Counted from the stretch's first letter, positions 1 to 10,160 are shown. The stretch: 64,000 nucleotides of DNA from an uncultured Bacillales bacterium (GCA_905206805.1 CAJLIR010000002.1:26999-90998), one strand, 5' to 3'. Numbers and translations are program-made. The notes: generated by a model not told the origin, from the letters alone.

Positions 1-1004
1 AATTATCTACATATATTAAGGCTGGTATTCCTCTAGTTGATTCTCTTAAAATATTAAGTAGACAATATAGGCAAAAAAGTTATCAAAGAATTTTTAAATC
101 AATGATGTATGATTTGACTATGGGTGAAAATTTTAGTACTGCTATGGAAAAACAAGGTGTTGCGTTTCCTAAGTTACTTATTAATATGGTTAAGGCGTCC
201 GAAATGACTGGTGAGCTTCCAGAAGCCTTAGATGATATGGAACAGTATTACACTGAAGCAGAAGCTACAAGAAAACAAATGATAACAGCCTTAACTTATC
301 CTTCAATTATTTTTATTATAGCTATAGCTGTTATGACTTTTATTATGGTATTTGTTGTTCCAAAATTTGTTGAAATTTATGATACAATGGATGCTGCTGA
401 AATTCCAAAATTTACAATAGTTGTTATAAAAATAAGTGATTTCTTACAACATAATTTAGTTATGTTATTGGTAATTATCGCTATTGTTATTATTTTGATG
501 AAGTGGCTTTACGATAACGTAAAAGCATTTAGAATGATGATGCAAACATTTGCTATGAGATTACCAATCTTCGGTAATATTATAATTTATAACGAAGTTA
601 CAATGTTTACTAAAACATTTTCATCATTACTAAAACACAATGTATTTATTACAGATAGTATGGAAATTTTAAATAAAATAACAAATAACGAAATATATAA
701 AAATATGATTTTAGATACTATAAATAATTTGGCTAAGGGTGAAAAAATTTCGCTAGCATTTAAGGATCAATGGTCTTTTCCAATTCCGGCTTATGAAATG
801 ATTGTAACTGGTGAAAGAACTGGTCAATTACCTGAAATGATGAGTAAGGTTTCATCTTATTATCAAGAGCAACATAGAAATGCTGTAACACGTATAAAAG
901 CTTTTGTAGAACCGGCTTTAATTATTTTCTTAGCAGTTGGCGTAGGTTTTATAGTGTTATCAATTGTTATTCCAATGTTTAATATGTATAATGAAATTCA
1001 ATAG
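1..1004 (+). CDS. Type II secretion / type IV pilus platform protein, GspF/PilC family (5' end cut by window edge)
   Basis: Frame is open from nt 3 (LSTYIKAGIPLVDSLKILS...) upstream of the first Met. Polytopic membrane protein with a GERTGQLPEMM-type motif typical of T2SSF. A prepilin peptidase gene follows directly. Confidence 0.8.
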   Translation, partial: LSTYIKAGIPLVDSLKILSRQYRQKSYQRIFKSMMYDLTMGENFSTAMEKQGVAFPKLLINMVKASEMTGELPEALDDMEQYYTEAEATRKQMITALTYPSIIFIIAIAVMTFIMVFVVPKFVEIYDTMDAAEIPKFTIVVIKISDFLQHNLVMLLVIIAIVIILMKWLYDNVKAFRMMMQTFAMRLPIFGNIIIYNEVTMFTKTFSSLLKHNVFITDSMEILNKITNNEIYKNMILDTINNLAKGEKISLAFKDQWSFPIPAYEMIVTGERTGQLPEMMSKVSSYYQEQHRNAVTRIKAFVEPALIIFLAVGVGFIVLSIVIPMFNMYNEIQ

Positions 1005-1019
1005 AAAGTAGTGTGTGTG

Positions 1020-1784
1020 ATGGATTTGTATTATTGTGTTGTTATGTTTATTATAGGTTCGGTTTTAGGATCGTTTTATAATGTTGTTGGATATAGAATT
1101 CCCAAAGGTGAATCGATTATATTTCCATCATCACATTGTACTAATTGTGGCCATAAATTAAAGCCATACGAGTTGATACCGATTTTATCGTTTTTATTTC
1201 TTGGTGGTAAATGCAGCAAATGTAAACAAAAAATCTCATGGTTTTATACCATATTTGAACTTCTTACAGCAATTTTATTTGTAATTTGTTATGTAGTTTT
1301 TAAGGAAAATTTTATTAAACTATTAATTGCGCTTACATTTGTTTCAATGATAATTATTATTTTTGTAAGTGACTATCATTATTTAATTATTCCTGATTCA
1401 GTTTTGATTTTTTTCACACTTGTATTTTTAATTGAAATTGCCATCGAAATTGGTATTACCAAAATATATATACCTATATTTTCAGGAATTTTTTCTTTCA
1501 TAAGTATGTATGTTATAAAATTATTAGGTGATTTTTTATTTAAGAAAGAATCAATGGGTGGCGGAGATATAAAACTTCTATTTGTAATTGGTATGGTTTT
1601 AGGTTTTCCAGAAGCATTATTTTCTATCTTTATAGGCTCACTTGTTGGTTTACCAATAGCGTTTATTATTTTGATGAAAAATAAAGATCATGTAATACCT
1701 TTTGGACCATTATTAGGTATCGGATCATTAATTATGTTGTTTACTCAATTTAATGTTATTAATTTTATAAATTCGTTGATTTAA
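1020..1784 (+). CDS. pilD: Prepilin peptidase (A24 family, PilD/ComC-like)
   Basis: N-terminal CxxC...CxxC zinc-finger region (CTNCGH...CSKCKQ). Multi-TM body with GGGDIKL and FGP motifs of type IV prepilin peptidases. ATG at 1020 preferred over GTG at 1011. Confidence 0.85.
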   Translation: MDLYYCVVMFIIGSVLGSFYNVVGYRIPKGESIIFPSSHCTNCGHKLKPYELIPILSFLFLGGKCSKCKQKISWFYTIFELLTAILFVICYVVFKENFIKLLIALTFVSMIIIIFVSDYHYLIIPDSVLIFFTLVFLIEIAIEIGITKIYIPIFSGIFSFISMYVIKLLGDFLFKKESMGGGDIKLLFVIGMVLGFPEALFSIFIGSLVGLPIAFIILMKNKDHVIPFGPLLGIGSLIMLFTQFNVINFINSLI

Positions 1785-1847
1785 ATAATATTTAACAAAA
1801 ATGTTTTTTATTATATTAAATTATTATATAATTAATTTGGTGAAATT

Positions 1848-2657
1848 ATGGAAAGATACCGTGAAATTGAGAAAAGTATAATAAAAAAATATCGCAAAGA
1901 GATATGGAGTAAATTTGTAAAAGCAATTAAAGAATTTGAATTAATTCAGGAAAATGATAAAATTGCAGTTTGTATAAGTGGGGGAAAAGATTCATTTTTA
2001 CTCGCAAAATGTCTAGAAGAATTAAAACGTCATGGTCAATTTAAATTCGATTTAGAATTTATTGTTATGGATCCGGGATATACAAAAGAAACATTGGAAC
2101 AAGTTATTGAAACGGCTAAAATTTTAAATTTGAAAATTAATATTTTCAAGAGTAATATCTTTGAAGTTTCAAAAAAATCTCTAGGAGATAATCCATGTTT
2201 TTTATGTGCTAGGATGAGAAGAGGACATTTATATAGTAAAGCTCGTGAATTGGGTTGTAATAAAATAGCCTTGGGGCATCATTTTAATGATGTTATTGAA
2301 ACCGTAATGTTGAATATGATTTTTAATGGTCAGTTTTCTAGTATGATGCCAAAATTAAAAAGTGAAAATTTTGAAGGGATTGAATTAATTAGACCTTTAT
2401 ATTATGTTTTTGAAAAAGATGTTATTTCGTGGGCTAAAAAGAATGATTTAAATTTTATAGGATGTGCTTGTTCTGTTACCAAAAAAGGAATAGGTAGAAG
2501 AAAACAAATTAAAGAATTGATAGAAGATTTAAAAAAAATAAATCCAAATATTGATTATAATATTTTTAAAGCAACATGTAATGTAAACTTGAATACAATG
2601 ATTTCTTACTATAAAGATTCAAAAATTTATAATTTTTTAGATTATTATGATAATTAA
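1848..2657 (+). CDS. ttcA: PP-loop ATPase, TtcA-family tRNA thiolation enzyme
   Basis: SGGKDS PP-loop motif. Cys motifs (PCFLCARMRRG, GCACS) as in TtcA-like tRNA 2-thiocytidine synthetases. Confidence 0.7.
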   Translation: MERYREIEKSIIKKYRKEIWSKFVKAIKEFELIQENDKIAVCISGGKDSFLLAKCLEELKRHGQFKFDLEFIVMDPGYTKETLEQVIETAKILNLKINIFKSNIFEVSKKSLGDNPCFLCARMRRGHLYSKARELGCNKIALGHHFNDVIETVMLNMIFNGQFSSMMPKLKSENFEGIELIRPLYYVFEKDVISWAKKNDLNFIGCACSVTKKGIGRRKQIKELIEDLKKINPNIDYNIFKATCNVNLNTMISYYKDSKIYNFLDYYDN

Positions 2658-2665
2658 TTTTTCAC

Positions 2666-2695
2666 TTGCATAAATTTTCGTTGTTGTGATATAAT
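2666..2695 (+). promoter_or_regulatory. Sigma-A type promoter for the downstream ncRNA
   Basis: TTGCAT (2666-2671), 18 nt spacer with TG at -15/-14, TATAAT (2690-2695). Predicted +1 near G2702. Confidence 0.5.
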
Positions 2696-2701
2696 ATAAA
2701 T

Positions 2702-2886
2702 GTCTAGAAGATAGGATAAAGCTCAATTAAGAAAAACCTACTAAATTAAACGATACGGGAATCTAATTTGTTAGTGGTGTTGAATACTTGTACATTTTTG
2801 CAAGGATCCTAAAACTAATAATGTGATGCCCACCTGGGAGACTAGGTTTTTATCGTTAGGAGCTCCTACTTCTGGACTTTTTTTTT
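2702..2886 (+). ncRNA. ssrS: 6S RNA (candidate)
   Basis: About 180 nt non-coding gap. The 5' end GTCTAGAAG-ATAGGA-GCTC-AAAAACCTA pairs with the 3' end TAGGTTTTT-GAGC-TCCTA-CTTCTGGAC, giving a long interrupted rod, and a U-run follows. It lies directly upstream of tcdA (yrvM), the position I recall for bsrA/6S-1 in B. subtilis. Confidence 0.55.
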
Positions 2887-2921
2887 GTTTTAATTAATGT
2901 TATAATGTATTTGGTGATAGT

Positions 2922-3602
2922 ATGAATCAGTTTGCACGATTAGAAATTTTAGTTGGTAACGATAATGTTGAAAAAATAAAAAGTACGAGTGTTTTAGTAA
3001 TTGGACTTGGTGGAGTTGGAAGTTTTGCTTTAGAATCTTTAGTAAGGAATGGTGTTGGAAATATAATAATTGTCGATGCCGATACAGTTGATATAACGAA
3101 TTTGAATAGGCAATTAATGACTTGTCACGATAACATTGGATCTTATAAAACTGATGTATGGGAAAAAAGAATTCATGGTATAAACCCAGAATGTAAAGTT
3201 ACAAAAGTTACGGAGTTTATTACATCAGAAAACATTTCTTTATTATTTTCGTGGAAATTTGATTATATTATAGATGCTTGTGATACAATAAGTGTTAAGA
3301 AAGAATTGATTCGAGAATCAAAAAAGAGAGGTATAAAGTTAATTTCTGCAATGGGAACAGGATTTAAGATGGATCCTAGTCGTTTAAAAATAACCGATGT
3401 TTCTAAAACATCTTATGATCCTATTGCGGCTATTATTAGAAAAATGGTTAGAGATGAAAAAATTAAAGGAAAAGTAATGGTTGTTTCCAGTGATGAACAG
3501 CCTATTAAGAGTACTTCTAAAACAATAGGTTCTGCTTGCATTGTTCCTTCAGTTGCTGGTCTTTTGTGTGCAAGTTACGTAATCAATGATATTTTGAGGT
3601 GA
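2922..3602 (+). CDS. tcdA: tRNA threonylcarbamoyladenosine dehydratase, ThiF/MoeB family (YrvM-like)
   Basis: GLGGVGS Rossmann motif, NLNRQ motif, and ThiF-family length. Confidence 0.75.
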   Translation: MNQFARLEILVGNDNVEKIKSTSVLVIGLGGVGSFALESLVRNGVGNIIIVDADTVDITNLNRQLMTCHDNIGSYKTDVWEKRIHGINPECKVTKVTEFITSENISLLFSWKFDYIIDACDTISVKKELIRESKKRGIKLISAMGTGFKMDPSRLKITDVSKTSYDPIAAIIRKMVRDEKIKGKVMVVSSDEQPIKSTSKTIGSACIVPSVAGLLCASYVINDILR

Positions 3603-3606
3603 AAAA

Positions 3607-4140
3607 ATGAAAAATGAATTATTAAAAATTATAAAATCATTTTCTGGAAATGTTTTTACATTGGGTATTACAGATAAAGATATTATAGATAGTATTCAAA
3701 GCAACTCAAATATTGATCATTTTCTTATGTTAAACATTAATAAAAAAATAGAATATGATGAATCTATAAATTATAAGCCAGTTAAGAATGTAAAAATTAA
3801 AAAAATTAAGAAGAAAAATAAAAGAAAAAAAATAGATTTTACTTTATGTGAAATTAGTGATTGCAAGGCACACTTTAAAACATTTATAAATGATACCATT
3901 TATTTTACTAAGAAGAAAGTTTATTATTATGGTAAAACGGATGAATATGATTTAGATGATTTAATAAAAAAGTATCGTAGATATAATGTAATCATTACTA
4001 TAACTAAATATAGTGATGAATTTATATTAGAAATTGATACTAGTTGTGCTAAAACAAATAAAATAAAATCAATTTTTTATAGAATTATTGATTCTATTTC
4101 CAGTTTTTTTGATTTTTTAACAGATTTTTTATTAAGTTAG
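3607..4140 (+). CDS. Hypothetical protein
   Basis: Tightly packed ORF between tcdA and rsmE. No motif recognised. Confidence 0.45.
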   Translation: MKNELLKIIKSFSGNVFTLGITDKDIIDSIQSNSNIDHFLMLNINKKIEYDESINYKPVKNVKIKKIKKKNKRKKIDFTLCEISDCKAHFKTFINDTIYFTKKKVYYYGKTDEYDLDDLIKKYRRYNVIITITKYSDEFILEIDTSCAKTNKIKSIFYRIIDSISSFFDFLTDFLLS

Positions 4141-4149
4141 GTGGTATTT

Positions 4150-4863
4150 ATGCAACGATATTTTGCACGTGAAAAAATTGATAATAAATTTATTTTAAAT
4201 AACGATGATTTATATCATATTCGTACTGTAATGAGAATGAATGAATCAGATAAAATTGAGGTTGTGTATAACCATCAAGTATATATTTGTTCACTTCATA
4301 ATGTTAATAATGATATTATAATTGAGATTTCTGAAATGCAACCGGATATTTTAAAAAATGAAGTTGAAATAGTTTTAGCAATACCTATTTTAAAAGAGCA
4401 AAAAATGGATTATATTTTACAAAAAAGTACGGAACTTGGTGTAAGTAAAATAATACCTTTTATAGCTTCAAGAAGTGTTGTTAAATTAAATAGCGATAAA
4501 GAAGAAAGTAGAATTTTGAGATGGCAAAAAATTTGTAAGGAAGCAAGTGAGCAGTCAAAAAGAGTTGATATTCCTATTGTAACAAGAGTAAAAACAATAA
4601 AAGATTTAAAGAATTTTGAGGGGAGAAAATTTGTTTGCTCTACAAAAAAAGATGTAAATAACATCAAAATGTTTTTGCAAAAACATACTAGTTGTGATAA
4701 ACTGTTATTAGTGATAGGTCCCGAGGGTGGTCTAGCAAATAATGAAGAGGATTATTTGGTTAGTGTTGGATTTATTCCAGTATCCTTAGGGAATAGAATA
4801 ATGCGTGTTGAAACAGCGCCATTATTTATCCTTAGTGTTATTAATTATGAAATGATGGAGTGA
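4150..4863 (+). CDS. rsmE: 16S rRNA (uracil1498-N3)-methyltransferase RsmE
   Basis: Starts MQRYF, as is typical of RsmE. C-terminal GPEGG...E and RILRxETA-like SPOUT motifs (GPEGGLANNEE, RIMRVETAP). Confidence 0.85.
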   Translation: MQRYFAREKIDNKFILNNDDLYHIRTVMRMNESDKIEVVYNHQVYICSLHNVNNDIIIEISEMQPDILKNEVEIVLAIPILKEQKMDYILQKSTELGVSKIIPFIASRSVVKLNSDKEESRILRWQKICKEASEQSKRVDIPIVTRVKTIKDLKNFEGRKFVCSTKKDVNNIKMFLQKHTSCDKLLLVIGPEGGLANNEEDYLVSVGFIPVSLGNRIMRVETAPLFILSVINYEMME

Positions 4864-4867
4864 TATT

Positions 4868-5866
4868 ATGGGTAGTATTATTAATGCAATAATAAGTAAT
4901 GATTTATTGTTTTATGGAATAATAGTTTTTCTAATTGTTGGAGTTATTCTTTTATTTATGTATTTACATCATAAAAAATTTATTGATTTATTAGAAGAAG
5001 AAATTGAGTTTACAAAAGTTGATGATGAAAAAATTAATGAGAGTTTACAAAATTTAGCAGAAGTTAGCAATGTAGAAAAAATTGTTAAAGATGAACCAAA
5101 ATTGGAAGAAATTGATTCTCAAATAGATGGTAAGTCAGCAATAGAAAAAATCATGAATGAAAATATCAGTGAAAAAGAAAAAATCGAAGCAGTAGAAGAT
5201 ACTAAAGTAGAGAATGTAGTAGAACAAAAATCAGAAAATAAAAAATTTGAAAATGTTAATAAAGTTGAAGAAAAAGAACCTGAACAAAAATCTGAATTAG
5301 AATTAATGCTTGAAAAAATGCAACATGATTTAGAAGAACAAAAAGAAAAAGACGCTGTTGCAATATTTGAACAAGAACAAGAAGAAAAATCGATTATTAG
5401 TTATAAAGAATTATTAGAAAGAAAAAGCGAATTAACAAATTCTTTATTATTAAACGATGAAAGATTTGAAAATGAGCCAACTATTGTTGAAGATAATGAT
5501 TCGTATGCTAATTATGCCGATTTAATTGAAGAAAAAGAACCTTCTTTAACTGATAATTATATTAAACTTGTAGATAATGTTAATGATACTATTAGTATAG
5601 ATAAGGCTTTAGATGAAAATGAAAATAAGAAAAATGGTTCTAAAAAATTTGTAACAACTGATTTTATCTCTCCAGTATTTGGCAGAAGAAAAGCAGAATT
5701 TGACTATCCAAAAGTTCCAAATTTTAAAGAAATGATGATGAAGAAGGAAAAAACTAATGAATATGATTTAGAGGCTACTTTAAATTTAGAACCTTTAGCT
5801 GAACAAATGAAAAAAGATGATGCATTTTTAAGTGCTTTGAAAGAATTTAGAAAAAATTTAGAATAG
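4868..5866 (+). CDS. Membrane-anchored E/K-rich protein, function unknown
   Basis: One N-terminal TM helix, a long acidic low-complexity region, and a conserved-looking ISPVFGRR segment near the C-terminus. Confidence 0.5.
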   Translation: MGSIINAIISNDLLFYGIIVFLIVGVILLFMYLHHKKFIDLLEEEIEFTKVDDEKINESLQNLAEVSNVEKIVKDEPKLEEIDSQIDGKSAIEKIMNENISEKEKIEAVEDTKVENVVEQKSENKKFENVNKVEEKEPEQKSELELMLEKMQHDLEEQKEKDAVAIFEQEQEEKSIISYKELLERKSELTNSLLLNDERFENEPTIVEDNDSYANYADLIEEKEPSLTDNYIKLVDNVNDTISIDKALDENENKKNGSKKFVTTDFISPVFGRRKAEFDYPKVPNFKEMMMKKEKTNEYDLEATLNLEPLAEQMKKDDAFLSALKEFRKNLE

Positions 5867-5896
5867 GCCTTTGGTCTATTTTTTTGGAGGTAAAAA

Positions 5897-7186
5897 ATGA
5901 ATTTTTATATTTATACGTTAGGATGTAAGGTAAATACTTATGAATCAAGTGTTATTGCTTCACTTATGAAAAAAAACGGTTTTAATGAAGCCGCTAGTAG
6001 TGATGAAAAATCCGATATATATATAATTAATACTTGTACTGTAACTAATACAGCTGGAAATAAATCATTAAAAATGATAAGACAAGCCTATAGAAAAAAC
6101 AATGACGCTATTATTGTGGTAGTTGGATGTTTGTCACAAGTAGAAAGTAAAATGGTAAGTGAGTTACCAGGAGTTTCTATTGTACTTGGCAATAAAAATA
6201 AAAGTAAAGTTGTTAATTATATAAAAGAATTTATGGAAACAAGAAAGCAAATTATTGATATATATGATTTAGATAAAGTTGATTTTGAATGTATGAAATT
6301 AGACAATTTTGATAAAACTAGGGCTTTTGTTAAAATTCAGGATGGATGCAACAACTTTTGTTCATATTGTATTATTCCTTATACTAGGGGTGACGTAAGA
6401 AGTAAAAAGAGGGAAGATGTTTTATCAGAGATAGAATCATTAGTTTCATTAGGTCATAAAGAAATTGTTTTAACAGGTATTCATACTGGTCATTATGGCA
6501 GTGACTTAGAAAACTATGATTTTGCTGATTTATTATCGGAAATAGTAAAAATTAAATCTTTAGAAAGAGTAAGAATTTCATCTATTGAGATAACTGAAAT
6601 AGACGATAAAGTATTAGATGTAATTAAATCTAGTAAAGTAATAGTTGATCACATTCATATTCCTTTACAATCAGGATGTACTAAAACATTAAAAGATATG
6701 AATCGTAAATATGATATAGAATATTTTAAAAATAAAATAGCAAAAATAAGGAGTATTAGACCAGAAATTTCTATTACGACAGATGTTATTGTTGGTTTTC
6801 CAGGTGAAACAGAAGATGATTTTAAAACTACAGTAGAAAATATAAAAGAAATTAATTTTTCAAAAATTCACGTTTTCCCATATTCTGTAAGAAAAGGTAC
6901 AAAAGCAGAATTTATGGATAATCAAGTTAGTGAAAATGTAAAAAAAGAACGTGTTAAAGTTTTATTAGAATTGTCAAAAGAATTAGAAATAAATTATATG
7001 AATAAATTTTTAAATAGAAAAGTTATTTTTATTCCAGAAGTATTTAAAGATTCTTATTTAATAGGTCATACTGGTAATTATCTTTTAATTAAGGCAAATG
7101 GCAATAAAAACTTATTAAATACCGATACTAGTGCGATTATTAAAAAAATAGATTATCCATATTGTATAGCTGATATTTGTAAATAA
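5897..7186 (+). CDS. mtaB: tRNA methylthiotransferase MtaB (radical SAM, YqeV-like)
   Basis: N-terminal MTTase domain (YTLGCKVN), CNNFCSYC radical SAM cluster motif, and a C-terminal TRAM-like region. Confidence 0.85.
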   Translation: MNFYIYTLGCKVNTYESSVIASLMKKNGFNEAASSDEKSDIYIINTCTVTNTAGNKSLKMIRQAYRKNNDAIIVVVGCLSQVESKMVSELPGVSIVLGNKNKSKVVNYIKEFMETRKQIIDIYDLDKVDFECMKLDNFDKTRAFVKIQDGCNNFCSYCIIPYTRGDVRSKKREDVLSEIESLVSLGHKEIVLTGIHTGHYGSDLENYDFADLLSEIVKIKSLERVRISSIEITEIDDKVLDVIKSSKVIVDHIHIPLQSGCTKTLKDMNRKYDIEYFKNKIAKIRSIRPEISITTDVIVGFPGETEDDFKTTVENIKEINFSKIHVFPYSVRKGTKAEFMDNQVSENVKKERVKVLLELSKELEINYMNKFLNRKVIFIPEVFKDSYLIGHTGNYLLIKANGNKNLLNTDTSAIIKKIDYPYCIADICK

Positions 7187-7198
7187 TAGGGATTTAAA

Positions 7199-9400
7199 AT
7201 GGCAAATTTTATTAAAGGAAACTATAAAAGAACAATTTTTTCAACTGATAAGGGTTATATGGTTGGCCTTTTTAAAATTAAAGAAACAAATGATCACGAT
7301 ATGGAAGATTTTATTGGAAAACAAATAACATTTACAGGTTTTTTTGAACAATTAAATGAAAATGATTTATATGTTTTTTATGGTGAGGTAGTTAATCATC
7401 CTAAATATGGTGTACAATATCAAGTAAAAGAATATGAAAGATTAAAACCAGCTGGAAGGGATGGAATTATTGAATTTTTATCAAGTGATTTATTTCCTGG
7501 AATAGGTTTTAAAATGGCTACAAAAATTGTCGAAAAATTAGGAGAAAATGCCCTTGATTTAATTATTCAAGATGAAAAAACTTTATTACTTGTTAAAGGT
7601 TTAAATGCAGAAAAGAGAAAAATGATTTATGAAACTTTAATAAATTACGAGGATAGTCATAAGACAATTGTTTATTTGACTGAATTAGGATTCTCAATGC
7701 GTGATAGTTTATTAATATATAATAAATATAAAACAAGTACAATAATGCAGATTGAAAATGATATTTATCAAATTATTGATGATATAGATGAAATTTCATT
7801 TTTAAAGGTTGATGAAATTGCTAAAAATATAAATATACCTTTTGATTCTGAAAAGCGAATTAAAGCATCTATAATTTATATTATGAACAATTTAACTTTT
7901 AATAATGGAGATACTTATTTTTTGATAGATGAATTATTTGCAGAATTGTTTTCATTTTTAGGATTTAAAATTTCTATTGAACTATTAAAGCAATATTTAG
8001 AAGAACTACATTATGAAGATAAGATCGTTATAATAAATGAAAAATATTATTTAAAAAGTATTTATGATGCAGAAATAAATATATGTGAAAAACTTAAATA
8101 TTTAAATAAAAAAAGAAAAGTTAAAAATGATAATTTAAGTATAAAATTAGAGGAATTAGAAAAAATTAATAATATAACTTATAATGAAAAACAAAAAGAA
8201 GCGATAATTGAATCATTAGAAAATAATATTACAATTATCACAGGTGGACCTGGAACTGGTAAAACAACAATTATAAAAGCAATAGTAGATTTATATCAAT
8301 TAATAAATAATTATAGTGATACACAAATGATAGATAAAATTTCACTTTTAGCGCCAACCGGAAGGGCAAGTAAAAGATTAAGTGAGTCAACAAATTTTAA
8401 AGCTACTACTATTCATAGATTTTTAAAATGGAATAAAGAAAATAATTCATTTGGAGTTAATGAATATAATAAGGATTATAGTAAACTTATAATTGTTGAT
8501 GAAGTGAGTATGCTTGATATTAATATATTTGATAGCTTATTAAAAGGATTAACTAATGATATTAAATTGATTTTAGTAGGTGATTATAATCAGTTACCGA
8601 GTGTTGGACCAGGACAAGTTTTAAAAGATTTAGTAATGAGTAATGTATTTAAAACTATATATTTAAGTCTTTTGTATCGTCAAAAGGAAAATTCATATAT
8701 AAATACATTAGCGTATGAAATAAAAGAAAATAATTTAACAGATTTTTTAACTACAAAAGACGATTATACATTTTTAAATTGTTCAAGTAAAAGTATAAGA
8801 AAAAATTTACATACATTGTGTGAACAAATTATATCAAAATGTTATGACTCTAAAGATTTTCAAGTTATGGCTCCTATGTATTATGGCGAGGCTGGAATTG
8901 ACGTATTAAATCAAGAATTACAAAGTATTTTTAATCCACCAGATATTTCAAAAAAAGAAATTAAAATTGGTAATATCATTTATAGAGAAAATGATAAAGT
9001 TTTAGAACTTACAAATGTTCCGGATGAAAATATTTATAATGGTGATATTGGATTTATAAAAAAAATTATTGATGCTAGCGAAAGTGAAAGTAAAAAAACT
9101 GAAATTTATATTGATTTTTATGGAAATGTTGTAAAATTTTTACCAAAAGATTTTGCCTTAATAAAACATGGTTATGCAGTTAGTATTCATAAATCTCAAG
9201 GAAGTGAATTTCAAGTAGTAGTAGTTATATTAAGTATGTCACATAAAAGAATGCTTTATAGAAAGCTTATTTATACAGCCGTTACAAGAGCAAAGAAAAA
9301 ATTAATTTTACTTGGTGAAGAAGAAGCATTTAGGTATGCAGTGTGTAATGATAATGAATATATTAGAAAAACAACATTATTAGACAATTTAGTTGAATAA
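7199..9400 (+). CDS. recD2: ATP-dependent RecD2-type DNA helicase (YrrC-like)
   Basis: GGPGTGKTT Walker A, IIVDEVSM Walker B, SIHKSQGSEF, and YTAVTRAKKKL SF1 motifs. Size and N-terminal domain match RecD2. Confidence 0.85.
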   Translation: MANFIKGNYKRTIFSTDKGYMVGLFKIKETNDHDMEDFIGKQITFTGFFEQLNENDLYVFYGEVVNHPKYGVQYQVKEYERLKPAGRDGIIEFLSSDLFPGIGFKMATKIVEKLGENALDLIIQDEKTLLLVKGLNAEKRKMIYETLINYEDSHKTIVYLTELGFSMRDSLLIYNKYKTSTIMQIENDIYQIIDDIDEISFLKVDEIAKNINIPFDSEKRIKASIIYIMNNLTFNNGDTYFLIDELFAELFSFLGFKISIELLKQYLEELHYEDKIVIINEKYYLKSIYDAEINICEKLKYLNKKRKVKNDNLSIKLEELEKINNITYNEKQKEAIIESLENNITIITGGPGTGKTTIIKAIVDLYQLINNYSDTQMIDKISLLAPTGRASKRLSESTNFKATTIHRFLKWNKENNSFGVNEYNKDYSKLIIVDEVSMLDINIFDSLLKGLTNDIKLILVGDYNQLPSVGPGQVLKDLVMSNVFKTIYLSLLYRQKENSYINTLAYEIKENNLTDFLTTKDDYTFLNCSSKSIRKNLHTLCEQIISKCYDSKDFQVMAPMYYGEAGIDVLNQELQSIFNPPDISKKEIKIGNIIYRENDKVLELTNVPDENIYNGDIGFIKKIIDASESESKKTEIYIDFYGNVVKFLPKDFALIKHGYAVSIHKSQGSEFQVVVVILSMSHKRMLYRKLIYTAVTRAKKKLILLGEEEAFRYAVCNDNEYIRKTTLLDNLVE

Positions 9401-9474
9401 TATTTTAAATTTAGTTAATTATATTAATGTGCATATTTGCACAAAGTCATATTATTTAGCTGAGAGGTGATATT

Positions 9475-9627
9475 ATGAAACTAGGTAAGGATATTGCACT
9501 TATGGCTATGGGTGCAGGTGCTGTTTTAGCATATCAAAAATATAGTAAACCTATAATGAAAGCAGTTGATAATACTGCCAAAAAAGCAATCAAAAAAGCA
9601 AATGATAAGCTAGAAGATATGATGTAA
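9475..9627 (+). CDS. Small (50 aa) membrane/amphipathic protein, not in the ORF track
   Basis: GAGAGGTG RBS 5 nt upstream of the ATG. Sequence MKLGKDIALMAMGAGAVLAYQKYSKPIMKAVDNTAKKAIKKANDKLEDMM. A clean intrinsic terminator follows. Confidence 0.45.
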   Translation: MKLGKDIALMAMGAGAVLAYQKYSKPIMKAVDNTAKKAIKKANDKLEDMM

Positions 9628-9632
9628 AGAAT

Positions 9633-9652
9633 AAAAACCCTTAGGGGTTTTT
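9633..9652 (+). terminator. Intrinsic terminator
   Basis: AAAAACCC-TTAG-GGGTTTTT hairpin with a U-run. Confidence 0.6.
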
Positions 9653-9714
9653 ATTGTTTTAGTTTATTTTTTTTTATAAATATGTTAAAATGAATTTAGA
9701 ATTGAGGTAATGAT

Positions 9715-10158
9715 ATGAAAAAAGGATTTACGTTAGCTGAACTTTTAGCTGTTATAGTTATTTTAGGGCTTTTAGCTTTAATTGCTGTACCAGTTGTATT
9801 AAATAAAATTAAATCTACAAAAGAAGATTTATATAATAATCAAATTGAAATGATTAAATCTGGCGCTATTAGTTACGTTACTAGTGAAATTACACATTTA
9901 AAATCTGATTCACCATTTTATACACCTGTTACAAATCATACAAGGGTAACTATTACAAAAACTTTAAGTGAATTACAAAATGATGGGTTTTTAGACGAAA
10001 ATATTTTAAATCCACTTTGTGATGGAAGTGACAAATATTTTTCTCCTTTAGAAACTAAAATTGAAATTATTTATGATGGTAGAGAATTTTCTTATGAAGT
10101 ATCAAGTACTGGTAATTTACGTGAAAGTTGCACTGCGAAAATTGATAGGGGGAATTAA
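9715..10158 (+). CDS. Type IV pilin / pseudopilin with prepilin N-terminal methylation motif
   Basis: MKKG|FTLAELLAVIVILGLLALIAVP class III signal peptide. Two Cys near the C-terminus. Confidence 0.8.
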   Translation: MKKGFTLAELLAVIVILGLLALIAVPVVLNKIKSTKEDLYNNQIEMIKSGAISYVTSEITHLKSDSPFYTPVTNHTRVTITKTLSELQNDGFLDENILNPLCDGSDKYFSPLETKIEIIYDGREFSYEVSSTGNLRESCTAKIDRGN

Positions 10159-10160
10159 AT

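Noticed and set aside
4410-4667. Antisense or embedded ORFs from the track: 4410-4667, 11019-11225, 12497-12685, 13761-13970, 16722-17093, 17468-17761, 19063-19266, 20318-20509, 22123-22410, 23254-23457, 24048-24512, 25343-25537, 25816-26013, 26641-26826, 30782-30976, 32419-32643, 34268-34492, 42782-42967, 43678-43908, 46702-46968, 49134-49319, 54340-54561, 58181-58426, 60052-60243
   Set aside because: Each lies inside, or opposite to, a gene with clear family motifs. They have low-complexity I/L/F/K/S-rich translations typical of AT-rich shadow frames, and none has a convincing RBS.
4868-5866. Possible tandem DNA repeat array in the E/K-rich gene
   Set aside because: The repetition is compositional (GAA/AAA-rich low complexity) with no fixed-period unit that I could align.
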